A DNA stretch of 64,000 nt from Lama glama (taxonomy: Eukaryota), in assembly GCA_028534125.1 (NCBI GenBank), contig CM052816.1, positions 62,001 to 126,000 on the forward strand, read 5' to 3'. Position numbers and translations under genes: made by a program. This document shows positions 37,795 through 49,062 of the stretch, piece by piece. Every line of letters starts with the position of its first letter. Positions within the stretch are counted from its first letter, which is position 1. The notes under the pieces are model-generated. The model was not told the origin of the DNA. It saw nothing but the letters and a program-made list of their open reading frames with translations, and did no database searches.

Positions 37795-38324
37795 TGAGAC
37801 AGGAGGGAAGGGGGCAAGTCATGGCCATTCAAGGAATGACACAGCAATTAACACCAAGATGGTGGAAGATTCAACTCCCAGTGGACCTTGAGCTTCAATA
37901 TACACTCATTGTAATACAATCGCATGCTAAATGGCACTCCCACTGGTGCCAGGATAGTTTCAAGGCTGGCCATAAAAGGTCAAAAAGTGGATGATGGCCC
38001 AGTTCCTGGGACTCCCTGCCCCTTCCCCAAAGTGGCTGGAATAATTTTCCCACGTGTTAGCATACGAAGCCGCCGAGCCCATAAAAACTAACAACCCCGC
38101 ACCTCATGGCAATCCCCTTTTTCCTAGCCAACCCCGGGGATCCACCCTCCCTTCTGAGTGAGATGACCTGCATTCTGTATATGAAATGTGTATCTCCTAG
38201 GCCTTTCTCTTGCCTTCTGAGACAGCCCACGCTCTGCCTATGGTGTGTGCATCTCTCTGAATAAATCCACCTTCACTCTACTATGGCTCGCTCTTGAATT
38301 CTTTCCTGTGCAAAGCCAAGGATC
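37795..38324 (+). mobile_element. MER41-like ERV1 LTR, 3' end missing
   Basis: Starts TG. catgctaaatggcactcccactggtgcc, cagttcctggga, ttagcata, ccataaaaa, aataaa...cttcactcta...gaattctttc...ccaag follow the recalled MER41 order. Confidence 0.75.
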
Positions 38325-38749
38325 ATACTGGGATTTTTAAAAAGCCACGACTCCCAGCTCTATTCTGTTTCCAGGAAACACAGTAAAATAATGGAATGCA
38401 GGGAAGCTGAAAGCAAGAACACAGAGAGAGAGAGACGTCGGGCAAAGAGTGGCCAAAAGAAAAATGATCTGCTTATGGGGATATCTGACTCTGAGCGAAC
38501 ACATGTCAGAGAGGCTCAGTACTGATGGGGAAAAGGCCTCACATGAGCTTGCCCAGCGGGAGCGCGCACTCCTGCTGCAGAAATCGTGGCACAGGTTCCC
38601 AGGTGCCAGCATCCCCCATAAAAATTTACCATCTCTTAAGCCATTTTTTCATTTTTCAATACCATGTGTCATGCAGACCACGGTCCCTGACGGTAGGACA
38701 ATTCAACTAGAAGTTAATGCCACAAGATAGATTTTTAATCCCCATATCT

Positions 38750-38955
38750 TTGGAAAGAGAGGTTCTAAAGAACTTCAGCAAGGTGGCTGGATTTGAGACT
38801 AATATAAGGAGTTATTTGGATTTTATACAGGGACAAACATTAGAAAATACTTTTGAAATAGAAACACCATGTACAGTAGCAACAACAACCATCAGGAAAA
38901 AAAATATAGCTGGGAGTCAATCTAGAAAATGTGCAAAGCCTACATGTCGTAAAAT
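38750..38955 (+). mobile_element. old L1 ORF2 fragment
   Basis: ttcagcaaggtggctggat...ccatgtacagtagcaaca...aaatgtgcaaagcctac. Confidence 0.6.
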
Positions 38956-39382
38956 CATATCATTAATCACACCCACCTCCAAGAGAGTCAGACCAATGCA
39001 AGAGTGAGGCCGGAGGCTTCCCGGAAGCCGCAGCCCCTCGAGGACCCCTCCCACGTGGCCACCAGGTGCAGAACGGTTGTCCTGGGTATAAGCCAACGTT
39101 GGGTGCCTGCTCCGGTGCTGCAGCTGGTGCTGGTGAGCTCGGTGTTTCCACAGCCATCACCTACCTGTCCATCTGACTCACCCACCCCAGCCTAGGAGCC
39201 CCCGGGCAGGGGCAGCGGACATGCTGTGGCCTGCGTGTCCACCCCATTGAGATGAGGAGCTCACAGCTCTCTGAAGGCCTGAGGGGTGGAGGACGCTGTG
39301 GTCTATTTATAACAAGGTGGGCATTCTTGAATGTCGCATGCTGGTGAAGGACACCTCCCCTCCCCAATCCCCTCCACCAGAC

Positions 39383-39997
39383 TGCCGGGGGCAAGAGGTT
39401 CTTGTCTTGTCGCAGAAAGAATTCAGAGACAAGACGCGGAGGCTAAGAAAGCAAAGTAAGGCTTTATTAAGGGGTAGGTAGTACGCTCTCAAGGAAAGAG
39501 CGGGCAGACCCAGGCGGGTGGCTGCCCTGCGTTTCCTTGGCAAACTCGTTACATGAGTGTAACATGAATGGGCAGAATATTCATTGGTGGGGAGGGGTCT
39601 GGGGTCATCTTTCCTGAGCTTCATCCCCACCCCACCTTCCCAGGGTGGGCAGGAGGGGCTCTCCATCCTTATTTAGTCTTGATCGGGAAGTTGGATGAGG
39701 TCATAATGAACGATAGGTTACATTCGGATGGGGGTGTCATAAGCAAAGGTTACATTTGGACGGATGTCATAATGATTGAAAGGTTACGTTTGGATGGTGG
39801 GGATTCCTGTCCTGTCCTGCCCTTCTGCCTCCAGGCCACTTATCAACCCAGAATGTATAGGTTTTTTCTCAGTCCAGAGGATCCTGTTTTTCTTGGTCTG
39901 TCCAAGGACTCCCATTGTTCACAGGATGTATGGTTTTCTGCCATTTGCCCATGTCCCCCTTTCTCTGCTCATATCTAGCTCCCTGCCTGCTCTAACA
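39383..39997 (-). mobile_element. solo ERV1-type LTR
   Basis: The minus strand runs TGTTAGAGCAGG...AATAAA...GAATTCTTTC...CAAGAACC...CGGCA (TG...CA), with flanks agac/aaac as a 4-bp TSD with one mismatch. Internal ~30-bp repeats at 39690-39800. Confidence 0.75.
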
Positions 39998-40844
39998 AAA
40001 CCAGCATCAAGTGTGCCCTAAAGACACAAGGAAAGGTCATCAGGCTTACTGAGCAAGCCGAAGGTCCTGGTCACGTTGCAGCCAGATTGCTCCCTTCCCC
40101 ACCATCCTCACACCTTCCCAGATGGCCGCTGGGAAAGTTCTGGGTCCCAGGCCAGGAGTACCTCAAGGTGTTGGGCAGATGAGCCACCTGGGTGTGGGAG
40201 GGAGCTTGTCCAATTCCAGCTGGATACCCAGTGTTCAAGAACCACGCAGGTGGCAGGACCAAAACAGGGTTCCCTTCACAAATGGGGTGGGAGAATCACA
40301 GGGTGAAGGGTCCTCTGCAAGGCTGCACATGATGGGGACTAGGGAGGCGGGACATGGGGGCACCGGGAGGGGGGAGGAAGGGGAGGGGATCTGAGTCCAC
40401 CCCTCCCTCTCTCTCCAGCCTCACCTCCACTGTGGCCCAGGCTGACAGCTGTGCCTCTCTGAGCCCTTGGTGGGGACATGTGGAGGGCACCTGGGTGTCA
40501 GGAGCCTGGGGTGGCGGTACCTGCTGACCCCCTTGCTCCCCTCCCAGTTTGTTCATCTCACACATTGGTGTCAGAGTTGCGGGGCAGCCAGCAAGACTCT
40601 TGTTCCTCAGCAGTTCTCGCAGCTCAGCAGAAGAGATGCTCTCAGGCCCTCACATTCCAAAAGTCAGACAGCCCTCCCACCCCCAGGAAGGATGGGGTGA
40701 GCTTCGCAGCATCTGGCCTGAGGAATAATGTGGCCCCACATGCCAGCCTCGCCTGCACACACCTGCATCCTCACAGCCATGGCTCTGGGGGCCACCTGCC
40801 CATACCCCATAGGTGAGGAGACCCCACAGGGAGCCTGAACATGG

Positions 40845-40940
40845 CTTTGCCCTGACCTGTGTGTAGTGAGCTATTTTAACTTCTCTGAGGTTGCCTCCTC
40901 ACCCATGAGATGGATCATGACATGCCGCCTTCCTGAACGG
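40845..40940 (+). mobile_element. MIR relic
   Basis: gagctattttaacttctctgag...cctcacccatgagatgg is the MIR core. Confidence 0.5.
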
Positions 40941-41917
40941 CGCTCAGAGCCAGCACCCATGGGTAGGGCCCCCTCCCCAGCCCCTGTCTGCTAAGCCCTA
41001 CATTGGGCAGGGCTGGAAGGCCCCTTGGGCAGGTGTGTCCATCCTGGAGGCCCAGTTCCCAGGTAGACAAGAAGGTGTGGAGATGGAGCAGGAGATGGGG
41101 GCAGGAGATTCTATACCGGGCCCAGCACAGCCCGTCTCAAGGCTTCCAGGAGGCCCAAGGGTTCAGCAGCGACAATACCTGCCAGCTGACCTGGGTCAAG
41201 GGGAAGGCTGTGCCCTGTCACCCTCAGGGTCAAGGCTGTGACCGCATGGGGAGGCACCACCCCCTCCCTGCCTGCCAGGTGACAAGTTCCCAGGCCAGGC
41301 CGGCTCCTGCCCCTGGCTGGGGGCAGGACATGGAGACCGTGCCAGCCCAGACCTCCGTCCATCCTTTGGTTGTGCTGCCTGCCTGGGATTCCACCATGGC
41401 AGCCCCCTCCTGGAGTCAGTCCCGAGACACGTGTCATTTGGATCTCCTTCAGGGTCCATCACTTCTGCATGGATGGTCCCTCAGGCCAGCTCAGCTGGGG
41501 TCCCAAGTAGGGCCCCAGATCTCTGCTTCCCCTACCCAGCCAGGATCTGGTGTGTGGGATGGCAGCCCCTGTGAAGAGGGCTCCAGGGCACAGAAGCCTG
41601 ATTTCCCCCTGGATTTAAGCAGGGCACTCTCTTGGTCCCAGGTCAAGGCACCTCCTCTCCAAGGTTTTCCAGGGCCCCCTGGTCTTCAATCAAGGTGGAA
41701 GTTGCAGCTCAGGGCTGAACTGGCAGGCTGGGCCGCTGGCTGTGGCCCCATCCCGACACTGAGTCCCAGCAGACCACAGAGAACATCTGGACCCTCACAG
41801 CCGCTTCCGACTCCTGGCCCTGGCCCTGCTGCTCTGACCACCACTGCTGCTCCGATTGCCACGGGCCTTCGGGAGCCTCCGCCCCTCTCCCTTCTTGGCA
41901 CCCTTCCCCTCTGAAAT

Positions 41918-42115
41918 CCCCTCTCCTCGCCCAGCCCCCTCCCCAGGACTGCTCCCCACCCAGCACCTTCCCTCATCCCATCCCTCCCCTTCCCCTCCTC
42001 CTCCTCCCCCACCCCCACCCCTGCCTCTGATAGCCCCTCACTTAGCCCCGCCCTGCTCCAGAGGATTCCCACCATCACCACTCCCCAACCCCCCTCAACC
42101 CCCGCCCCCCTCCTC
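41918..42115. repeat. C-rich low-complexity tract
   Basis: Many runs of 3-6 C separated by short spacers. Confidence 0.85.
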
Positions 42116-44742
42116 TGCCTTGGCTTTGAAATATCTTCCCCTCGGCCCTCCCAGGCTCTCCCAGCCCAGTTCCGCTGGGAGCTGCCCGCTCTCTGCCCCA
42201 GAGGTGTCGGACAGAGAGGGTGTGGTTGCTGTGAGCAGGGCGGGCCTGGAGCTGCAGATTTAAAATTTAATGTATGTCTTTGTGCAAACCGCAGGCAGCG
42301 TGCCTGCCGCTGGGGGTGCGTTGTCCTGCCAGCCCTTATTCTAAGGGAGTCTGTCCCAGAAAGGCGCCTGTACACCCCGAAGTGTGTGTGTGCGTGTGCG
42401 CTCTCTCTCCCATCTGCAAGTGAGTGACAGGAGGGGAGGCAGCGAACCGAGAGGCTGTCTTAGACCCCACCCGTTCACCCAAGGACGCCTCCCAGCTCAG
42501 CATTGCTGGGGTGCTGTATACTGCCATCGCTTCGTAAGAGCTGGGGACTGACACCCCACTGTGGCCTTCAGAAGGGTGGGAGAGAAGCCCTCACCCCAGG
42601 GAAATGGGCAGAGAGGACAGCAGTGTCCCCTCGCCTACCCACTGGGCCTGGACACTCCACCCACCCTGTTTGTGTGTGTGTGTTCATGGAGTAGGGGGCT
42701 GTCTTCAACCTCTGACTGTTCCAAAACTTCTTTAAGAGAGAGGCCCATGTTAAGTGCACCCCCAACCTACGTCCTGTTAAGGCCCACTCCCTGATCCACA
42801 GCCAAGGTCTCACTGACCACTGCGACCTCAGGAACCCCAGGCAGCAGGGGTGGAGAGGGAGTGAGGGGAGGAAGGCAATGAGCTGCCTTTGACCAGGAGG
42901 ACCAGGGATCTGAGTCCCTGCTTCTTTGAACAACCCCCCCCCCCAAATCCGCAGCCCCAGTCCTGGCCATGCTCTACCTTTCTGCCAGGCCACAACCCCT
43001 ACAGCAGAAGGCGAGACTCAAGCTGGAAGGTACTGCAAAGCTTCATGGGAGCGTGGGCTGCTCTGGGCCCCCGCCCCGACTACCCAGGCCTCGCGGTCAG
43101 GGGGGTCCTCTCAGGCTCCTCTTCCTCACTGGCCCAGGCACACCCAGGCCCCGCTGATCACAAAAACAGCGCTTCCCCCGCCCCATGCTCCCCACCCACT
43201 GCAACTCTCCACTTAGCTTAATGCCCAAAACAGACCACAGGCGCTTAGACGCCGGGGCCAGGACAGAACCCAAGAGTGGATCACATAATGTTCCTTCCCC
43301 CCCCACCGTCTCCATCTCAGAGAGCCTCCAGTCAGCTAGGGTGGCCCTGACAGGGGGTGGGGGGCTGTTCTCGGGCTCCACCATCACCCCAGCCCTGGCC
43401 AGAACTGGCAAAACCACGAACATACAGTTTTTAGGAAAAGCAGCCAATGTTTCTGTATGGAATCACAGCCTCGGTTCCCGGCTCCCCCCACCCCGTGAAG
43501 ATCTGTGGGATGCTCTCCCAGGGCAGAATGAGCCCAGCCCCTCTCTCTCCAGGATCAGGAGAGAACCTCCCACCCCATGAAGGCCTGGGAAAGGAGGGGA
43601 CTGAGGACTGTTAGGCAGCTCAGGGAACATGCGCAGGATGAGGAATGGGGGGTGCGGGCCAGTGAGTGTTCAGGTCTGAAGGGTCCCAATGGCGTAGTCC
43701 TAGAGAGGAGGGGCTGACTGGGGCCCCCATAGGGCCTCCCTCCCTCGGAGCCCCTTCTCCCAGGACTCTCCCCCCTTAGAAGCCCCACCCTCAGGGGTCC
43801 TGCCTTCTCCTCCCTCTCCGGGACCGGGGAGCCAGCCCAGCTCTCAGCTCCTAAGTGGGGCTCTCGGTTCTTTATGAGTCTCCCACCCCATAAAGGGATC
43901 ACCTCTGTGAGCAGCCCAGAACCTCTGGAAGCAGCTGACAACAGCCCTGCAGGCCCGGCCAGGCCCCTGGCAGCCCCGGGGGGCTGGCCGGATGGGAGAG
44001 GAGCCCGTCCAAGTGTGGGAAATCTGGGCCCGTGACCCAGAGAAGCCCCACAGTTGCTCCGTCGCAGGTCGTGGTCACTCAGCAGGCCTGATTCTGATTG
44101 CTGCGGCCCCGGGGAGCTGTGGCCAACCTGGCCTTGAATGTGAGACAGCTGCGGCCCTGCCCTGCCTCCAGCCCTCCCACTGACCCCGAGGCAGGGCTGG
44201 ACAGCTCCCTCGAAGCCCAGGCCCCTCCCAGGAATGTCCAGAGGGATCAGGTGGGGATTGACAGCAACTGCCTCTGATTAATAAAAGTTTGATGGGAATT
44301 TCATATGTTGACACAGATCCTAAACATTTTCCAGGAACATCTGGCAGAGGTGGAGCCCTGTTTACGCTCACAGTGAGAGTTCTTTTTCCAGGTCCACAGC
44401 CTGTCTCATTCCCTAGGCCCCAGAGGGTCTCTGGGTTGCCACCCACCGCCACTGTCTGGGCCCACCCCTTCTCCAGGAGCAGACAGTCACTGGAATGGGA
44501 GCCAGAATCCAGGCCCACCTCTGGGAGGCCTCAGGGCCCAGTTTTCCCACTCAGCTCTGCCTGCCTCCTGCCTCCTCCCACCTGTGGGGGCGGGGAGTCC
44601 TTCCTGGGTGCCATCAGGCCCACAGGTGCGCAGCCTGGAGAGGGTGGGGGGGCAGCAGGAAGGGGGCTCCAGGCCTCCACTCTGTGTGTTGGGGTGGGCG
44701 GTGGCCGCCTTTGGCTCTTACCCACTGTGGCTGCCTCCAGCC

Positions 44743-44768
44743 TCACACACACACACACACACACACAC
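44743..44768 (+). repeat. (CA)n microsatellite
   Basis: Direct reading. Confidence 0.9.
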
Positions 44769-47700
44769 TCAACTCACACAGAGGCCTGGGGCTCCTGGGG
44801 TCCCCGTGGGTGGGCTCCAGAAAGACAGGGCAATGCACTACCTGAAGTGGTGACAGGAAAGGGCTGAACTCCAGGGACAGAGCGGACCTGGGGCAGCCTG
44901 GAGGCGAGAGGTCAGAGACAGGTTCCTGGAGGGATCAGCACCACCCCAGCAGCGCTGGCTGACAGGCACCCTCGGCGCAGACCTCATTTGAGGGTATGTG
45001 GGGACTCAAATAGGTCTCGCGACAAGTCAGGCTCCAACCAGAACTGTGCCATGGGAGAGAGGGACAGGCAAGACTCACCCCGAAAGGTACGCAGGCCTCG
45101 GTCCCTAATCCCAGGGCAGCACGTAGACGGTGAATGTGGAGTCCTGGACTGAGGCCAGTGGGACTCACAGGCTCTAATCCTAGCCCTAGCATCACCAGGG
45201 GGGCGTGTGTCAGCTGAGCACAGCCTGTCCCCTCCCCCCAGCTGCCCCATGCACCCGCGTGGCTCCTGTAGGAGCCACTGTTAATTTGTCTTTCTTCTTT
45301 CTTTTTAATAAAATGCAGCGGAATGGAGGCAGATGCCACATCCTATGTTCTTATAAAATGCATGTGTGTGCTGCAGGCAGGACATCGGCTCCCCTTACCA
45401 GGTCACCAGCCCAGAGAGCTGCCCCCACTGTCCTGGGTTCCCGTGGATCTCAGGGCTGGCCTTGGAGACCCCCCCAGACACCTGCACATGGAGGCTAGGT
45501 CAGCTGGAGAGCAGACTCGACTAGGAGGGGACAGATGGCAATGCCTCCCTCCACTTCGGGCTTGCTCAGGAGCAAGGTGAGGCCCACCATCCTGCTCCCT
45601 GACAAGGTGCCCCTGTGGCCTGGGGCCCAGGCTTTGGCCCTGGGGCTCTAGGGTTAATCTCACTTCCCACTGGAGTGACTGGGTGGGGAGGGGGCCCGTT
45701 CTCCATGCCCTGCTGCGCGGCTTGCTGTGTGGAGTGACGGTAGCATGTGCAGGCCTGGGTGGGGGTGCCTGGCTGCTGCCGGGGTGGCGTGGGACATGGT
45801 GGGAATGTGAGGCCTCCCTCCGATTGGGATGAACCCCCCTCCCCATTCTAAGCCTCAGCACCAAACATTTGCTCTGAATTACAGCCAACGTGTTTCATAA
45901 TGTTTTATGCTCTTCCTGCAGAGCTAATCTCTGCTGCCTGTCCACACCCACCACACAGACATCCTCGGCCAATCCTGCGTGAACAGGCTGAGCCCAGCCC
46001 TCCCCACTTGGGCTCAGGAGACATGCCAGCCCCACTAAGCCTGGTGGTGCCCGGGCTAGCTAGATGCGTGAGACTGCCTTAGACCCAGATGTCTCGGGCT
46101 CCAGGTGTCCGCAGCCCAGAAGCCCGCAACCTGGATGCCCGTGGCCCAAAGAACAGGAGCGCCCAGTGGGCGAAGAGTCTGGGGCTGGCTCTCCATCTCC
46201 ACCTCGGCCTGGCTGCAGAGTTGCGTTATCAGGTGTCACCTTCAGCTGCCTGCCCCTATCTCCCCAGGAGCCTGTCCTTCCTCCAGCGCTGATAAGACCT
46301 CCTCTTCAGCGCTCAGCACAGATAGCTTATCTGTCAGCCCAGTATCCCCACCCGCCTACGCGTCCCCACATGCCCAGGAGCCTGGGAAGCTGGGGGCTGC
46401 GCTCGGCATCTCGCGCGGGGAACCTGTTCTCATCTCGTCCCCTCTGTACCCACCCCGCAACCCCGAGGCCCAGCCACGCTGCCTCTGAGGCCGGTTGTGT
46501 CCTGGCCAGTCTCCCGCCAGCTGGGCCAGCAACCACTTCTCTCGCTCACTTTCCCCCAAGCCACAGACCCTGATAGATAGGCTGCTCCCAAGACCCCTAC
46601 TCAGGGAAGGCCCATCCCAGCTGCCGGCTCCCAAGACAGAACCGTCTACCCCAGGTTTCTCCCAGCTGGCGAGCCCCCTCCAGTCCTCGCCTGGGCCTGC
46701 CCTCTACGTCTCAGAGTCCCCACCTCCACCCTGCTCTGTTTGCCTCCAGACTCCTTCCGAGAAGCACTGGAAAGTTTCCCTCGCTCTGTCACCTCCAAGC
46801 TCAACCCCAGCAGAGCCCTGCCCTGCCCCACGCTCAGCCAAACTCACTCAAGAAATGTCAGCCCAACAGCCCTGCTGCCCCCTGGATGGAGGGACAGAGT
46901 GGGCTGTTTCTGATACCCAGAGTGGCTACCATCCACTTCTTTCTGGTCCTCAAAAAGGACCCCTGGCCCCTCCTGATGAGAGAACCAAGGGACAGAGTGT
47001 CTGGGAGCGGGACTGCCGTCCCTGGACCCTCCCCCTAACCCCTCAGCACCTCTCAGAGATGTTGGTCAGGGCCTCTTGCCAAAAATCCTCCAGGGACGTC
47101 CTAATCTGCATCCTGGTTACCAAGACCAGAGGCCCCAAAGTACCCCCCTTGGGTTCCTGATGAAGGCCATTATCCCCCACGGAGTGGGGTCACTGAGGAG
47201 ACTCAGCTGGACCCCACACCCTGGGATGCAGCGGTGGGCTCTCTCCACAGGAAAGTGTCTCCAGCATTCCCCTACCTGGGCCCCAGTCCCTCCACGTCTG
47301 TCTGTCAGTCTGGGGCTTCCACGTTTTCACTGGGAAAAGGTTCCCAACTGTCCTGCCTGGGGCCAGGGTCAGGACTGGGAAGAAATGAAGCATTTTCTAG
47401 GAGACTTTCTAGGGCTTACCTGGCCCTGAGTCACAAGGCCCTGCTCGGCATCCCCTTGGGTTCAGCCGCCTTCTCTTTTCACTACGCTATCTGTAACAAG
47501 CCTTCTCCCACGTGAAGGCAGCTGTTTTTCAAGGTGGGGTTCTTTGAACTGCGAGCCAGGGGTGGCTACACAACCAGTCACTCCTGATGGGGTGAGCACT
47601 CCTGAGCCCCCTGGACCGCCGGCTCTGGGGACGCCCGCCACTGGGCCACTGAGTCAGTGCTGTGGCAAGTCCCGCGTGAGAGACACTGAGGCCCTGGCCA

Positions 47701-48499
47701 CGAGCCCTCTCCAGCCCGGCAGTCATGAGGGAGCCCTCCTGGAGGACAGTCACTGGTGAGAGAACTGCCAGCCAGACTCCAAAAACAGGCAGTAGATGAT
47801 TGGTGATTATTGTGTTGGTCATTCAGTTTGGGGCTGTTTCTTATCCGGAACACATCCCTCTAAAGCCACTGCCAGGTGGGTATGATCTGCCATCCCAGGG
47901 GTGAGTCACGCCAGGCCCACCAAGGCAAGCAGCGCACTTGTGCACAGAGACCTCCATGGGCGGAGCTTCTAGGCCCCAGAGCTCTGGGTGTTGTACCCAG
48001 TCATCCCTCAGAGTGGCGGTAGTGAGGTGTGTTCACCTGTATCACAGCCAGGGTGTGACACGAGGGCTCCCAAAGGGCGCAGAAGAGCTGTTTCCCAGGC
48101 AGAGAGAGGATGGAGAGCGGGGATGTAGCCACCGGGCTGGAGACTCAGAACTCAGCACTGGCCAGCATGGCTTCTGACCCCCAGGGGCCCCCAGAAGGCG
48201 CAGAGGCAGGCAGGGCCATGGCATTCAGCTGCCCTGCGCTGGGGCTTCAGCCCAGTGCAGTTGGTCCCAGGGCAGCCTTCCAGGTCCACAGCTGGGGGGC
48301 AGATAAGGAAGGCCTGAGGCCTTGACCTGCCATGTGCACAATTGGGAAGACCCAGTGGTCCTCAGGGCTCCTCACCTGACAAGGATGCACATTCGTCCCT
48401 GTCTTCCTCTCCAGGATGGCTTCTCCAGGCTGCTAATTCAGAATTGGGGCATTTCTCTCTCTCCAACCACCCTCACCCTACCCACATAATGCCAGCCCT

Positions 48500-48560
48500 G
48501 TGTGCAGATGGGAAAACTGAGGCCCAGGAAGCTAGTTAGGAGAGCCTGACTCCATATGGT
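48500..48560 (-). mobile_element. MIR relic
   Basis: cagatgggaaaactgaggcccagg. Confidence 0.55.
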
Positions 48561-48779
48561 CTCTCGGAATGAGAAGACGCCCTGGAGCTTAGGGGAGCTT
48601 CCATCTGTCTGTCCAGGGTAAAGTCTGTGGTCATGACCCTGGCAGCTGGGAGCTGCCTTGAGTCGGGGCCTTGTTCAGGTGGGGCAGGTGGAGAAGGTCA
48701 GTCCTGGGCCATCCAGACAGAGGCCTGTGGGGCTGCAGAACCTGGCCTGGAATGAACAGAAGACCCAGGCCTTTGCTCA

Positions 48780-49062
48780 GCGACACTTGCACACATTCGC
48801 ACACTTACGCACTCATACACTCATGCCCATATATGCACTCACACAAGAAAACACAAACATTCACACATACACACACACCCAGGAGAACGCTCACATATGC
48901 ACACACATACCCGGGAAAAACGCACACACACTCACGCACACACACACCCAGAGAGTGTACACTCATACATGGATGCACAAACCCGGGAGAATATACCCCC
49001 CGCAGGAGAACACACACACTCACATACACACACCCAGGAGACCACACATTAGCACACGCATG
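48780..49062 (+). repeat. degenerate CA-rich minisatellite (cacaccc(a/g)ggagaa units)
   Basis: Unit seen about six times between 48875 and 49045, embedded in CA runs. Confidence 0.75.

Noticed and set aside
41003..41914. 303-aa ORF, the longest in the window
   Set aside because: Non-ATG start, Pro/Gly/Ser/Gln-rich composition typical of GC-rich non-coding DNA, no recognisable domain, and overlapping ORFs in several frames.
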